Of a stretch of DNA of 42,900 bases, positions 28,036 to 40,927 are shown piece after piece. Where the stretch lies: the NCBI GenBank assembly GCA_964016885.1, contig CAXHJY010000362.1, forward strand, positions 1 to 42,900. The letters are read 5' to 3'. Each line of letters opens with the position of its first letter. The first letter of the stretch is position 1. Origin of the DNA: Eledone cirrhosa (taxonomy: Eukaryota). A model generated the notes under the pieces. It was not told the origin of the DNA. It made no database searches and saw nothing but the letters and a program-made list of their open reading frames with translations. A program made the position numbers and the translations under genes.

Positions 28036-28312
28036 GAGGAGGAGAATTGGCACAGTCATTCGAATGTTGAATAGAATGCTTTACAGTCTTCCTTCGAGCT
28101 CTCTGCTCTCTTGAGTTTAAATCCTGCCAGAGTCAATTTTTACTTTCATCCTTTCGCGGTCGAGAAAAAAAAGAAACAGTCCAGTACAAGAGTTGATTCT
28201 ACCTCTAAATTTTTCTCACTTCCTATCTCCTATTCTCTATCCTTATCTGGAAGAAATCTGCTATGTTCAGAATTGGAGAGAGGATAGCTTCTGCCAGGCT
28301 AAAAATTCCCAA
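28036..28312 (+). mobile_element. tRNA-derived SINE
   Basis: GAATTGGCACAGTC (A-box-like), GAGTTTAAATCC (B-box-like) and TTTCATCCTTTCGCGGTCGA body. Confidence 0.7.
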
Positions 28313-28979
28313 CAAACGCTGTAAGCCACTACAGTGCTCCTACGATTGACACATACATAACCAAAAATGGAGCCACTGATTACATAATTTACTGGTCCTT
28401 CTTCAGACATATATATATATATATATAGCCCATCATATGACTTGTTTTAAAACAAAAACATGTTACAAACAGAATAAGCTGTCACATACTGAAACATTAA
28501 TATATTTTTTCTTTATCTACAGAGAAGCCTGATAAAACCAGTTTGGAAAGACACAGTGTACAGTTTCTGTTACAGTTTCAACACCACACCTAATGACATA
28601 AGTACAGCTGAGCCAAAGTAATTACATTTCAAATTCTATTTTGGCTGACATATTTCAGAACTTCATTTCCTATGGACAGCAATAACAAGCAATTCCACAG
28701 AGAAAAGACCTCTTTCAGTGTCTAGTAATAGTGATGTCACACATGTTATTAAGCTGTACTGCATGGTTTCACAAAGATAAAGTGTTTTAGTACTCACATC
28801 TACTTAAAACAGTTAGCCATTGCTTCCACGTCTTAGAATAACCAGGAACTACTCAACACTTATATTCTGTTGACAGCTATTGCATGATTATCAATGGACA
28901 GCACTGATTCCATTTTTTTTACTTTTTATATTGCTTTGCATTTCACTAAAGTTCCTTATTTTTTCCCTTCTGTACATAG

Positions 28980-29000
28980 ATATACACATTTGTATATATG

Positions 29001-29047
<47 letters not shown>

Positions 29048-29191
29048 ATTTCATTTCCAAATTACAGTTGCATATGACAAGCTGCTGTTAGATTTAACAG
29101 GTGTTATGGCCTGAAAGGAAGCTTGCATATATAATGATTGCAAGCCCTCCAGCATATCACACAGATCCCACGTCCATACACACTCACACAC

Positions 29192-29246
<55 letters not shown>

Positions 29247-29320
29247 GTATGTGTGTATGTGTGTATGTGTGTGTATGTGTGTGTGCGTGTGTGCGTGTGT
29301 GCGTGCGTGTGGCATATACA
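28980..29320. repeat. (TA)/(TG) microsatellites
   Basis: Directly visible. Confidence 0.9.
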
Positions 29321-29687
29321 CAAAGTAGAAGAAAAATAATTAAATATAGGCGAAACAGAGAACAGTGAAAAATGTAAAAAAAAAGAAAAAAAAAGCAGGA
29401 GATTATAGGAATGAAACTAAACATTAAAATGCATTTCATACTTAAAGAGATGTCTTGGCTTATATTTCAGTCAAAAGATCAAAATATTTCAATCCCTTCA
29501 AATAAGGAGAATATCATTGTTGATTTTTTCTCCTACTTTCCCACCATTCCCAGTCATACTGTCTATTTTCTCATTTCTTGGCTTACTTTCTTTTGACAGT
29601 ATCATGAACAGGAAGAAGCCACCTAATATTCCTGTATTTAATAGCAGTTTGGAGGTGTTAGTGAAATATTGAAATTTCTACTTCTAA

Positions 29688-29898
29688 ATGGTGGGGGAGC
29701 TTGCAGTGACTAAATTACTGAAGTGTCCAAACAAAATCACTTCAATTATTTAGTTATATCTCCTCTATGTTCTGAGTTCAAATCCTAGGAAAGCTAATTT
29801 TGCATTTCATTTGTCTGGAACCACAAAATAATAATGTAACTGGGTGTCAATTTATTTCCCATTTCCTTTGCATTTAGTGTTTAGGAAGGAAACCATTA
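29688..29898 (+). mobile_element. Old tRNA-derived SINE
   Basis: GTTCTGAGTTCAAATCC B-box, then AATTTTGCATTTCAT as in the other copies. Confidence 0.55.
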
Positions 29899-30030
29899 CC
29901 GACAGAGCTGTTAGTATTTGAAATGTATGTGACCCAAAGGAAATGACCATAATAAAAGTTGATCACTAAATAACATGAGAAGGTCAGATAATATACTCAT
30001 GGAAATGGAAAAAAAATGAACATAGGCACC

Positions 30031-30245
30031 TATGAGGGAGTGCTGAAAAGTCGCTGGCTGGATCGCTGCTACAGAAGCCTAATTAGAGGCCCAACTTTCT
30101 GATTTCTTTTTACTAGCCTTAGATAAACTGAAGGACTACTGCAATAAGTGTGTGAATCTAAGAGGGTAATATGTTGAATAAAATCATAATTAACTGATCC
30201 TCCTATATTTTCTTTTAGCCAAAACCAGGAACTTTTCAGCATTCA
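30031..30245 (+). mobile_element. Mariner-derived MITE
   Basis: TIR-like TATGAGGGAGTGCTGAAAAGTCGCTGG / CCAGGAACTTTTCAGCA. Internal remnant of a mariner transposase C-terminus CNKCVNLRG*YVE*. Confidence 0.8.
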
Positions 30246-30565
30246 TTTTTTAAAAGTCACTAACTTTTTTTATTATGTATTTTTTAACAAAATAATTTAA
30301 AATTTGTTTGTATATTTTGTTTTGAACTACAGACATTCAGGATATAGAAATATTTTATGTTTAATTCAAAAACATATTATAATTTTTTCATATGTAATTT
30401 TGTGAAACATAAATTGTGATGAAATTGTTCATAGGTAATTTCTGTTTATGGTACAAATTTCAAAATGTAAACAAAAACAGTAATATGTTAACTACTAATG
30501 CCAATTTTATTTTGATTGCTTCACATCACCACACACCAGTAAAGTGTTGCTGTATTTTGTCAACA

Positions 30566-30973
30566 CTAGAATTGTTTTCAGCACGCGGATGCATGTGTGT
30601 GTGTCTGGTTGTGTATGTGTGTGTATGTGTATGTGTCTGCATGTGTGTGTGTGTGCGTGGTTGTGTGTGTGCGTGGTTGTGTGCGTGTGCGTGTGCGTCT
30701 GTGTGTGTGCATGGATGTGTGTGCGTGTGTGCGTATATATATGTGTGTGCGTGTATATATGTGTCTGTATGTGCACGTGGTTGTGTGTGTATGTGCGTGT
30801 GGGTGTGTGTGTGTGTGCATGGTTGTGTGTGTGTGTGTGTATGCCGATTGTACACACAAGTGTAGTGAAAGTTTTTCGCTGTTTTCTGTAGTTTGTCATC
30901 ACCCCTTCCTTCCTGAGTCATCTCTATCCTGTGACAGAAGGCCAGACGAAAGTCGCTCAAATTTATATATAGA
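30566..30973 (-). mobile_element. Short non-autonomous Helitron carrying a (CA)-rich repeat
   Basis: On the minus strand: A|TCTATATATAAA 5' end (30973) and CTAG|T 3' end (30566). CpG-decayed hairpin CACGCG-GATG-CATGTG ~12 nt from the 3' end. AT target, no TSD. Confidence 0.65.
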
Positions 30974-31599
30974 TTGATGGAGGTTGTCGCATCTTAATAC
31001 ATTAATGATTCAGTAGGAAAATGGAAACACTGGAATGGTAACAGTGAAACAGCTACATTGTTTTTACATAAATTCTTCCATGCTAGCATTGGTTGGGTAA
31101 GATCTTTTGGGACAAGTCTTCATATGCCCTGCCTAATACCAACCCCTACCATATTCTTTAAAAAAAGGACATTATGTTCCTGTAGAAAATCTGTCATTAT
31201 CCTTTATATATGGTGTTGTTTCAGACACCAAACAGAATACATGCACACAATCGCTTGTGTAAACAGAGACAAAAAAAAAATAGATATAGAAGCACAATGG
31301 GAGGAAATCACTGAAGATGTCACAGAAAAAATATATGTGATGAAAGAACTTTGAGAACCTTTGAGAAATTCGTATTAAAATAAAATTGGAAGGTTTGATG
31401 AGCAATTTTTAGAATCTATCTTTAACCTGCTACAAACTTAACTCTGCAAAATATATATAGTTGTTAAAATGGTAATTGTGTTTTAATAAAGAATGAATTG
31501 ACAAGATCCCAGACCTCATTTGCTTATTGAATGACATCAAACAAAGGAAACAATATTTTCATTGGTCTTTCCATTGTTGATATTATCTACTGGTCACAA

Positions 31600-31735
31600 C
31601 TCATAACAGAAAAGGGCAATGTAAAATATAGTGTGTTGTTTAAGGATGTAACTCATCGCCCAGCCCAGGATTCGAACTCACAACCACACAATTGTGAATC
31701 CAATCAAATTGTGAATCCAATTCTTTAACCACTAT
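31600..31735 (-). mobile_element. Degraded tRNA-derived SINE head
   Basis: AGGATTCGAACTCACAACC is the reverse complement of a B-box (GAGTTCGAATCC). Confidence 0.5.
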
Positions 31736-32207
31736 ATAGATGGCTTACCATGTAATTTGAGGATGTTCATTCTGTTACATGATCATCTGAACTCTTCAAT
31801 TAATGTATAAGTGGCTGAATATTCCACAAACACTATACCCTTGAAGCTATCTAGTAGCTGAATCATGCTATATGATGAAGCTGGACCTGTGAATTATAGG
31901 AACAACACAAACTAGTTTACACAAAAGGCAAATAGTAAAGATATTTGCCCAAAATGTCATGCAGTGGACATCCTTATTAAGAAATGAAATTCTCAACCAC
32001 TACAATAAAGTGTAATACAAGTGTTAAAGCTGTGACCATTCAATCTATATACCATTTATAATCTATGATACCAATATCATATTCTAGAAACTTAACATTG
32101 GAACTATACTGTGTTATTGGTGCTGCTTGCATATATTTTTGTCAACTGTAAAATGAACAATATAACTTCAGGTTATATAAGAATAATGAACAACTAGCTT
32201 TCGGATA

Positions 32208-32510
32208 AATAACAATAATGGTTTCTGATTTTGGCACAAAGCCAACAATTCAGGTTAGGAGGAAAGTTGAATAAATTGACGCCAGTGCATTACTGGTACT
32301 TTATATTATCAACCCTGTAAGGACGAAAGGAAAAGCTGAACACAGCTGTATTTGAAATCAGAACATAAAGGGTTGTAACTATGTGAAGCAAAGCATGTTG
32401 TCTACTGCCAATCCCAAAACAATAATAGTTTCTGATTTAGGCACAAGACCAACAATTTTGGGGGAGGGGAAAGTTGATTAAATCGACCACAGTGCGATAC
32501 TGGTATTCCA
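32208..32510 (-). mobile_element. Two stacked SINE copies
   Basis: AATAATGGTTTCTGATTTTGGCACAA..ACTGGTACTTTAT..TTTGAAATCAGAAC, with a second tail at ~32420. Confidence 0.7.
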
Positions 32511-32597
32511 ATAATAGCGAATGTAAAGGGACTTAACAATGTGCTGTAAAGTACATTGTCCAACACTATTGAAAATACCAATATACCACACAGGATG

Positions 32598-32807
32598 AAT
32601 AATAATTTTCTGTTTTTGGCACAAGGCCAGCAATTACTCAGTACATTACTGGTACGTTATTTTATCGACCCCGTAAGGATGAAAGGCAAAGTTAACCTCG
32701 ACAGGATTAACTTTGCCTTTCATCCTTACGGGGTCGATAAAATAAAGTACCAGTAATGCACTGGGTAATTGCTGGCCTTGTGCCAAAAAGTAGAAACAAT
32801 TATTATT
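32598..32807. repeat. Palindrome made of two inverted SINE 3' halves
   Basis: Arms 32613-32695 and 32707-32789 (83 bp, 3 mismatches); 11-nt loop. Confidence 0.95.
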
Positions 32808-33201
32808 TGCAGCATAGGCAAATAATAATGATAATAGTTTCTGATATTAATCAATACAGACTGATCAATCGATTCTTTCTGTATAGGAAATCTCCCACCT
32901 CCAGACATTCACAGACTTCCCAAACCTTCAGCAATATGGATATATGTTGAAATGCTTAATTTTAATATAATGTAATAAGAAATGGAAACTATGATAAATA
33001 GTTGAGAGAATTACTGGCACAAGAGAATTCTTTAGCATTATGACCTTATAAGGGCAGACAGCTAAAGTGTTCACAGATCCCAGCTGATCACTAAAAGATA
33101 TCTATAATAAATTATAGAATACAAGATTTGTTTTTCTGCTACAAATGTCAATAGAGTCTTCAGGGGTGCATTTAAAAAAAAAATGCCTATTCTCTGCCTT
33201 G

Positions 33202-33235
<34 letters not shown>

Positions 33236-33244
<9 letters not shown>

Positions 33245-34093
33245 TAAATCATGTCCTTAGAATTATTAGATAAAATATATACCATTTCATTATGGTATAT
33301 ATTTTATCTAATAATTCTAAGGATATGATTTATGATATATTACTCTGATTATTTAATTTATTAATTATTCATTGAGCCACAACGTGACCGGTTGCAACAT
33401 ATATATCTATGACTTTATGTATATGTAAATCTTTATATTTAATAATCTCTCGTTAGGTTGAGATGCAATCGGGCGATATTGGGCTGCGCTTTCTAGCAAC
33501 AAGCCTACCCGCCGTGAGCAACTAATCACATTCTTTCTAACTTGACCACTGCCACATCACGATTCTTAGCCATTTTTGAATCTATTTTTGGTGCGATCAC
33601 TTTGGAAAACTAAATGTCTAATTTTGAGTTTTTCTCCTGATGAAACCGATACTTTGGACATATCCTGTTAATTGGATGTCTAAAAATACGGATGAAACCA
33701 TGGTAGAGATATAATTACAGTATGTACACATTTTTCTAAGTTTGAATTTACACCTAATTGTGTATGGTTTACGGTATATTTAGTCAGTCTCTACATGCTG
33801 TTGAAATGTTGGATAAATACTCTATTGGGGCCACCGCGAAGAAGCCGCTTTCGGTTATTTGTCGTAAATCTCTTCATAGGAGCCTTTATTCTTATAGCTT
33901 GGTCTAATTGATTTTTTGTATGGTTAATTATGCTGATTGGGAGAGGTAATGGTATATATTTATCTAATAATTCTAAGGACATGATTTATGATATATTGCT
34001 CTGATTATTTAATTTATTAATTCTTCATTGAGCCACAACTTGCCCGGTTGCAACATATATATCTATGACTTTATGTATATGTAAACCTTTATA
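33236..34093 (+). mobile_element. Non-coding Penelope pLTR / retrozyme-like element with a hammerhead ribozyme
   Basis: Direct repeats 33292-33437 and 33949-34093 (period 657 bp). A ~50-bp inverted copy at 33236-33285. HHR inside. (TA)n on both sides. No protein ORF. Confidence 0.8.
33633..33709 (+). ncRNA. Type I hammerhead ribozyme (minimal palindromic stem III, long stem II)
   Basis: Stem I UCUC/GAGA. CUGAUGA 33637-33643. Stem II CCG..UUUGGAC..AUCC/GGAU GUCUAAA..CGG. GAAA 33694-33697. Palindrome ACCAUGGU. Predicted cleavage after GUA (33705). Confidence 0.88.
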
Positions 34094-36354
<2,261 letters not shown>

Positions 36355-36745
36355 GGAAAACTCTGATATAACACCTGCAACCCTGATGGTATCCAATGAT
36401 GTTGACTTGTTCTTCTTTTTGGTAAATAGCATCTTGGTTAAGAGAGTGGGACTGGCTTTGTGCAGTGCCTTTGCTCACTATAAAAGCTTCACGGCACAGG
36501 CATTGCTTTATATCTGGAGATCTCTCTGCACTTGTCCTCACATGGGCCCAGCACTATGTGTCAATGATTGTCCTACCATGGGCCTAGCACTATGTGTCAG
36601 TGATTGTCACAGGTGTAGTGTTTGTACCAGAGGTTTCAAGTCGCTGGCTGGACTAAAAAGTCACACTCGTTCAGCGCTTCGGTAGGGGTTATCCTACATG
36701 GATGTAAAGTAGTGGCCGTACTCGAAAACGAGTTGGCAGCCACCA
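36355..36745 (+). mobile_element. 5'-truncated copy of the bipartite RTE, embedded in (TA)n
   Basis: Colinear with 13425-13783. Has a 36-bp internal tandem duplication (36541/36577). Encodes [23 protein letters not shown]. Confidence 0.8.
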
Positions 36746-36812
36746 TATATATATATATACATACATATATATATATATATATACATACATATATATATAT
36801 AAACATATATAC

Positions 36813-36863
<51 letters not shown>

Positions 36864-36926
36864 CATATATATATACATATATATATATATATACATACAT
36901 ACATACATATAAACATATATACATAT

Positions 36927-38202
36927 ACTCTTTTACTCTTTTACCTGTTTCAGCCATCCGGCTGAGGCCATGCTGGGGCACCGCCCTTGTTGCTACACAT
37001 TTTATCTCCAGCCTGTATAGGTTGGCCACTGGTGTAGGAGGGAGTTTGTTGCTGCTGCCCTTAGGTTTCCCTCGTGTCTTGCTGTGGGCTCATCCGGGAT
37101 CCTGGATAACAAGGTGTCGAGATGTTTCTTAAAGACATCCACCTCCACGTCATGCAAGTCTCGCAGATGCCTCGGCAGCCTGTTGAAGAGTTGAGGGCCC
37201 TTGAATCCCAGGCTATTGCAATACCTGCTCCTTATTCTAGATGTGGAAGACGGGACCTTTGGCACCACACAGTGACGTCCTGTTCGACGGTTGGTCCAGC
37301 TCCCAATGCCAAAGTTTGGTGCTAGTCCCTCCAGGATTTTCCACATGTAGATCACTGCGTATCTCTCCCGTCTTCGCTCCAAGGAGTAGAGGTTCAGTTC
37401 CTTCAGCCTCTCCCAGTAGCTTGTCTCCCTCATCTTGGCAATCCTCTTGGTGTAGCTTCGCTGGATTGCCTCAAGCTCCGTGGTTAGTTTGACACTAAGG
37501 GGTGACCACAGCTGGGAGCAGTAGTCCAGGCGGCTTAGGACAAAAGTCCTCCACAGTGTCAACATGGTATCTCGATCTCTTGTAAGGAAAGTCCTCAAGA
37601 TCAAGCCAGCGAATCGTCTACATGTTGTCGCCACCTTCATGATGTGTGAATAAAAAGATGCATCATCGCTCATGTCTATGCCCAGGTCTCGTATCGATTT
37701 TGACACGGGGATATCGGTCCCTCCTGGTCCTGTGTAGCTGTGTTCCGCTATATTTGTGTTTGTGTTTGCAGGTTTGTATTGTAGGGCTTGGAATTTGCCA
37801 GCATTAAACTGCATGTTGTTTTCTTCCGCCCATCTGTATATGGCATCCAGATCCTGCTGTAAGAGGGGAGCGTCAGCCGGGTTTTTGATTGCCTCTGCTA
37901 CCTTAGTGTCATCAGCATAGCTAGTGAGGGATGTTGTTGCATGCACCACAGAGGGCATGTCCGAGAGAGCCACCAAAAACAGTAGTGGTCCCAGGACTGT
38001 CCCCTGGGGCACCCCACTTGTTATCGGTGTTTCGCTCGAGAGGGCCCCATTTGCTGCGACTGCCTGGCTTCTGTCCCTTAGGAAGCCATGCAGCCACTCA
38101 CCTACTTTTCCAGTTATGCCGAGTCCGTGTAGTTTGTGACATATCATTCCGTGGTCGACCTTGTCAAAGGCCTTCGCAAAGTCAAGATATATCACGTCTA
38201 CA
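36927..38202 (-). mobile_element. 5'-truncated young CR1/L2-group LINE (family A)
   Basis: Open ~400-aa frame 38202-37002 with YLDFAKAFDKVDH, SGVPQGTVLGPLLF, YADD, RDLGI, SRLDYC and SLERRRER. Tail (TAAAAGAG)2. TA repeats on both sides. Confidence 0.95.
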
Positions 38203-38333
38203 TATATATATACATATATACATATATATACATATACATATATATATACATATATAAATATATATATACATATATATATATACACCCCACTTGTTATAGG
38301 TGTTTCCCTCGAGAGGGCCCCATTTGCTGCGAC

Positions 38334-38812
38334 AACTTACAATTAAGGACAAAATGAAAACACACACAAAATGAAAACACACACAGGACAAAATGAAAAC
38401 ACACACACACATAGAACAAACAACCAACCAACAATAAATAAATAAATAAATAAACAAATAGATAAATGAACACAAACACACACAGAAAAAAAATGGCGTA
38501 GGATAGAAGAAAGGAAAGGCACAGAAACGAAGAAAGGAATCCCCAGTCACTGAAGAGGTCACAGAGTGTGTGACGAAAGGACTATGACTATATATAAAAA
38601 ACTATCTGGTTGTGGAACCAACCAACCAACCAGAAATTTATAGGTTTGTAAATTTGTAAATTTATAAATTTATAAATATATAATAAATTGAAGTGAAAGC
38701 AACTGGTGCGTGTGTTTCTTATTGGCAACATGACCCTCCCAAAGTATAACAATATCGGTTTCAACACACGATCTCAGATAAAGAATCTTGCTAAACAAAT
38801 TCAGAAACGAAA
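38334..38812 (+). mobile_element. Probable pLTR fragment of another Penelope-like family
   Basis: Contains an HHR. Downstream GGCAACATG opens MTLPKYNNIGFNTRSQIKNLAKQIQKR, which is cut off by (TA)n. The start context resembles GGCAACAACATG of the PLE at 40928. Confidence 0.55.
38545..38589 (+). ncRNA. Minimal type I hammerhead ribozyme
   Basis: Stem I AGUCA/UGACU. CUGAAGA 38550-38556. Stem II GUCACA/UGUGAC (one extra G). GAAA 38575-38578. Stem III AGGACU. Predicted cleavage after CUA (38584). Confidence 0.8.
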
Positions 38813-38863
38813 TATATATATATATATATACATATATAAATATATATATATATACATATATAA

Positions 38864-38894
<31 letters not shown>

Positions 38895-38959
38895 CATATA
38901 TACATATAAATCAGGAAAGAAGGTTTACATGGTTTGCTATACAAAAAAGTTTTTAATCA

Positions 38960-39072
38960 CATAGCTTACATTTGTTTCACTGAACTGGTATGTCTAGAGA
39001 TCGCTATTCGCTTAATTTTGCGTTACTCGATCGCCAATACAGAATTATAACCAGTCAGATCTTCGGAGCATG
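38960..39072 (-). ncRNA. Variant type I hammerhead in the PLE pLTR (CCGAAGA core, ~80-nt stem II domain)
   Basis: Minus strand: CAUGCU-CCGAAGA-U-CUGACUGGU..ACCAGUUCAG-U-GAAA-CAAAUG-UA-AGCUAUG. Stem I GCU/AGC plus CAU/AUG. U4 is replaced by C. Confidence 0.65.
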
Positions 39073-39439
39073 CGAGAATGAAGAAAATACACAGGCAAGA
39101 AAAGAAATGAAAATACAGGCTACTATATGAAGTAGTAATGGCATTCAATTAGAACAATAACAACAATTACAACAATGCTATCAATAAATTATTTAAGGAG
39201 ACCCTGACATTACTTAGGTGGGATGTATATAATGTATCTAATGTTACGGCGTGTAAAACTAGCTATCATAAGGCAAAATGAAGCGTTGGCATGTACAAAG
39301 TATCGTAGTGTATATCAATTTTAAATTATAAAGATAAGCTAGTTTTTACAGTCTTTCTCTTCATCTTCAACAGTATACATGAGTGGGACCACTGTCAAAG
39401 CTAAATAGTTGTAGAGTTAATACAGAGGTTAACGAATTA

Positions 39440-39465
39440 ATATACGCATATATTTACGCGCACAC

Positions 39466-39535
<70 letters not shown>

Positions 39536-39620
39536 GTATATATACACACATATATACACATGCATGTGTACATAGACACATACATACACATCAATATACA
39601 CTCGTACAAAAATATACATA
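39440..39620. repeat. (CA)n microsatellite in the PLE 3' UTR
   Basis: Directly visible. Confidence 0.95.
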
Positions 39621-39873
39621 CATGCAAAGAGAAAAGTGTGCTAATTGTAATTATGGCAAAAAGAAGGTAAAGTAACATTGTAGTAGTGAAATGAGAAAAA
39701 CTAGGATTTAGGATCAAATGATGGCAGCAGCTGAGAAGGAGTAATATTGTTGGTAGATGAGGTACTTACAGACAATTGTGTGGTATAGACTTGTGAAGGA
39801 TATAGTATACTTAATGAATATATTTCTGTGGGTAGTATATATCCTAATTAAAGCTATGTTGTGTTGGTTCGAT

Positions 39874-40637
39874 TCACGGAGGTTTGAATCTTATGAATTT
39901 AGTGGCAATTCTATGTCTGCAGAAGATAGATCTTTCTAACTTATTGTTAAGTAGCCTTTTAACATTTCTAAGGATATACAATAGCTCAAGATCACATAGC
40001 CCGCAGTAGGACATCCCTGTACTATAGGTTTTAGCAGCCGACAACTTCGACCAGTTGATACTGTAGTTAGTGTTGCTGTCCTTCAATTCCCATATATTTT
40101 GGGCGAGGGTGGTGGAACCCATAAGTGCACGGTTTTTCATTGAGTGCCTGTGCACATACCATCTTTTCTTAAAAGAACCCGCGGTGGATCCTATGTAATT
40201 CCAGCTGGAGTTACCCGAGATGACAGTGCACATGTACACCAGGCTCAAATCGAGACATCTGTTCGCCAATGGGCACCTATCTGGGAGGTGACAGTTACAG
40301 TTTGAGGCGCTATTTTGTGCAGCTTTTACATTCCTGTTTAGTACTCTGTTATAAGTGGGTTGTGATATATGCCCAATGGGGTTTTGCTGCTACGCGTTTG
40401 TATGCGCTTGTGGTTGTGATGTTGTGATGGGTTTGTGCTTATGTATAGGTGCAATTGATTTACTAGAGATATTTCTGTGGTTGATCTTGCGTATGTGTGA
40501 TTCCATGTTAGCTGCTGTTGAGAATGAGAGTTTTATAGTAGATCTATTGAGTATTTTGTGATATCTATGCGAGATAGGGAAGTGTTTATCTATTAGTTTA
40601 AAGAATGTAGAGGGCAGTCTAGTTTTTATAGAGGAGT
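39874..40637 (-). pseudogene. PLE ORF 3' part: linker plus GIY-YIG endonuclease
   Basis: CNCHLPDRCPLANRCL..LVY..NYIGSTAGSFKKRW..H..STTLAQNIWELK..CGLCDLE..LNNKLE..CRH. Confidence 0.9.
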
Positions 40638-40927
40638 GAAATAAATGTAAGCTATGTGATTAAAAACTTTTGTATAGCAAACCATGTAAACCTTCTTTCC
40701 TGATTTATTATTACTCCAAGTGTTTATAACATAGGAATTACGGCATACCCGCAGCATCACTATGAAAACGCCTTGTTGAGTCAAACCAAGCCAAGCGTTA
40801 ATATCATCCACTACCTGGAATACCATAACTGGACTTCACCTAAATGGACTGCATTTAACTATTATTTGTTAATCCGTATATTTAGCTCCCACCTGGTCGA
40901 GCAACACCATTAACGCACGGCAACAAC

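Noticed and set aside
28340-28410. CUGAAGA plus hairpin on the minus strand next to TA
   Set aside because: No GAAA/UH half; at best a truncated remnant.
28523-28617. Candidate host exon (pyrimidine tract-CAG, open frame RSLIKPVWKDTV.., GTAATT); similar weak candidates at ~26892-27030 (+) and 19886-20067 (-)
   Set aside because: No recognisable protein similarity or consistent exon chain; RNA-seq is needed.
31305-31342. AUCA-CUGAAGA-UGUCACA-GAAA..UGAU hammerhead look-alike
   Set aside because: Stem II would need a 1-nt loop, and there is no valid UH site next to stem I.
33835-33885. Antisense HHR-like UGAAGA..GAAAGCGGCUU in the 657-bp unit
   Set aside because: C3 is missing, stem II is weak and there is no stem I.
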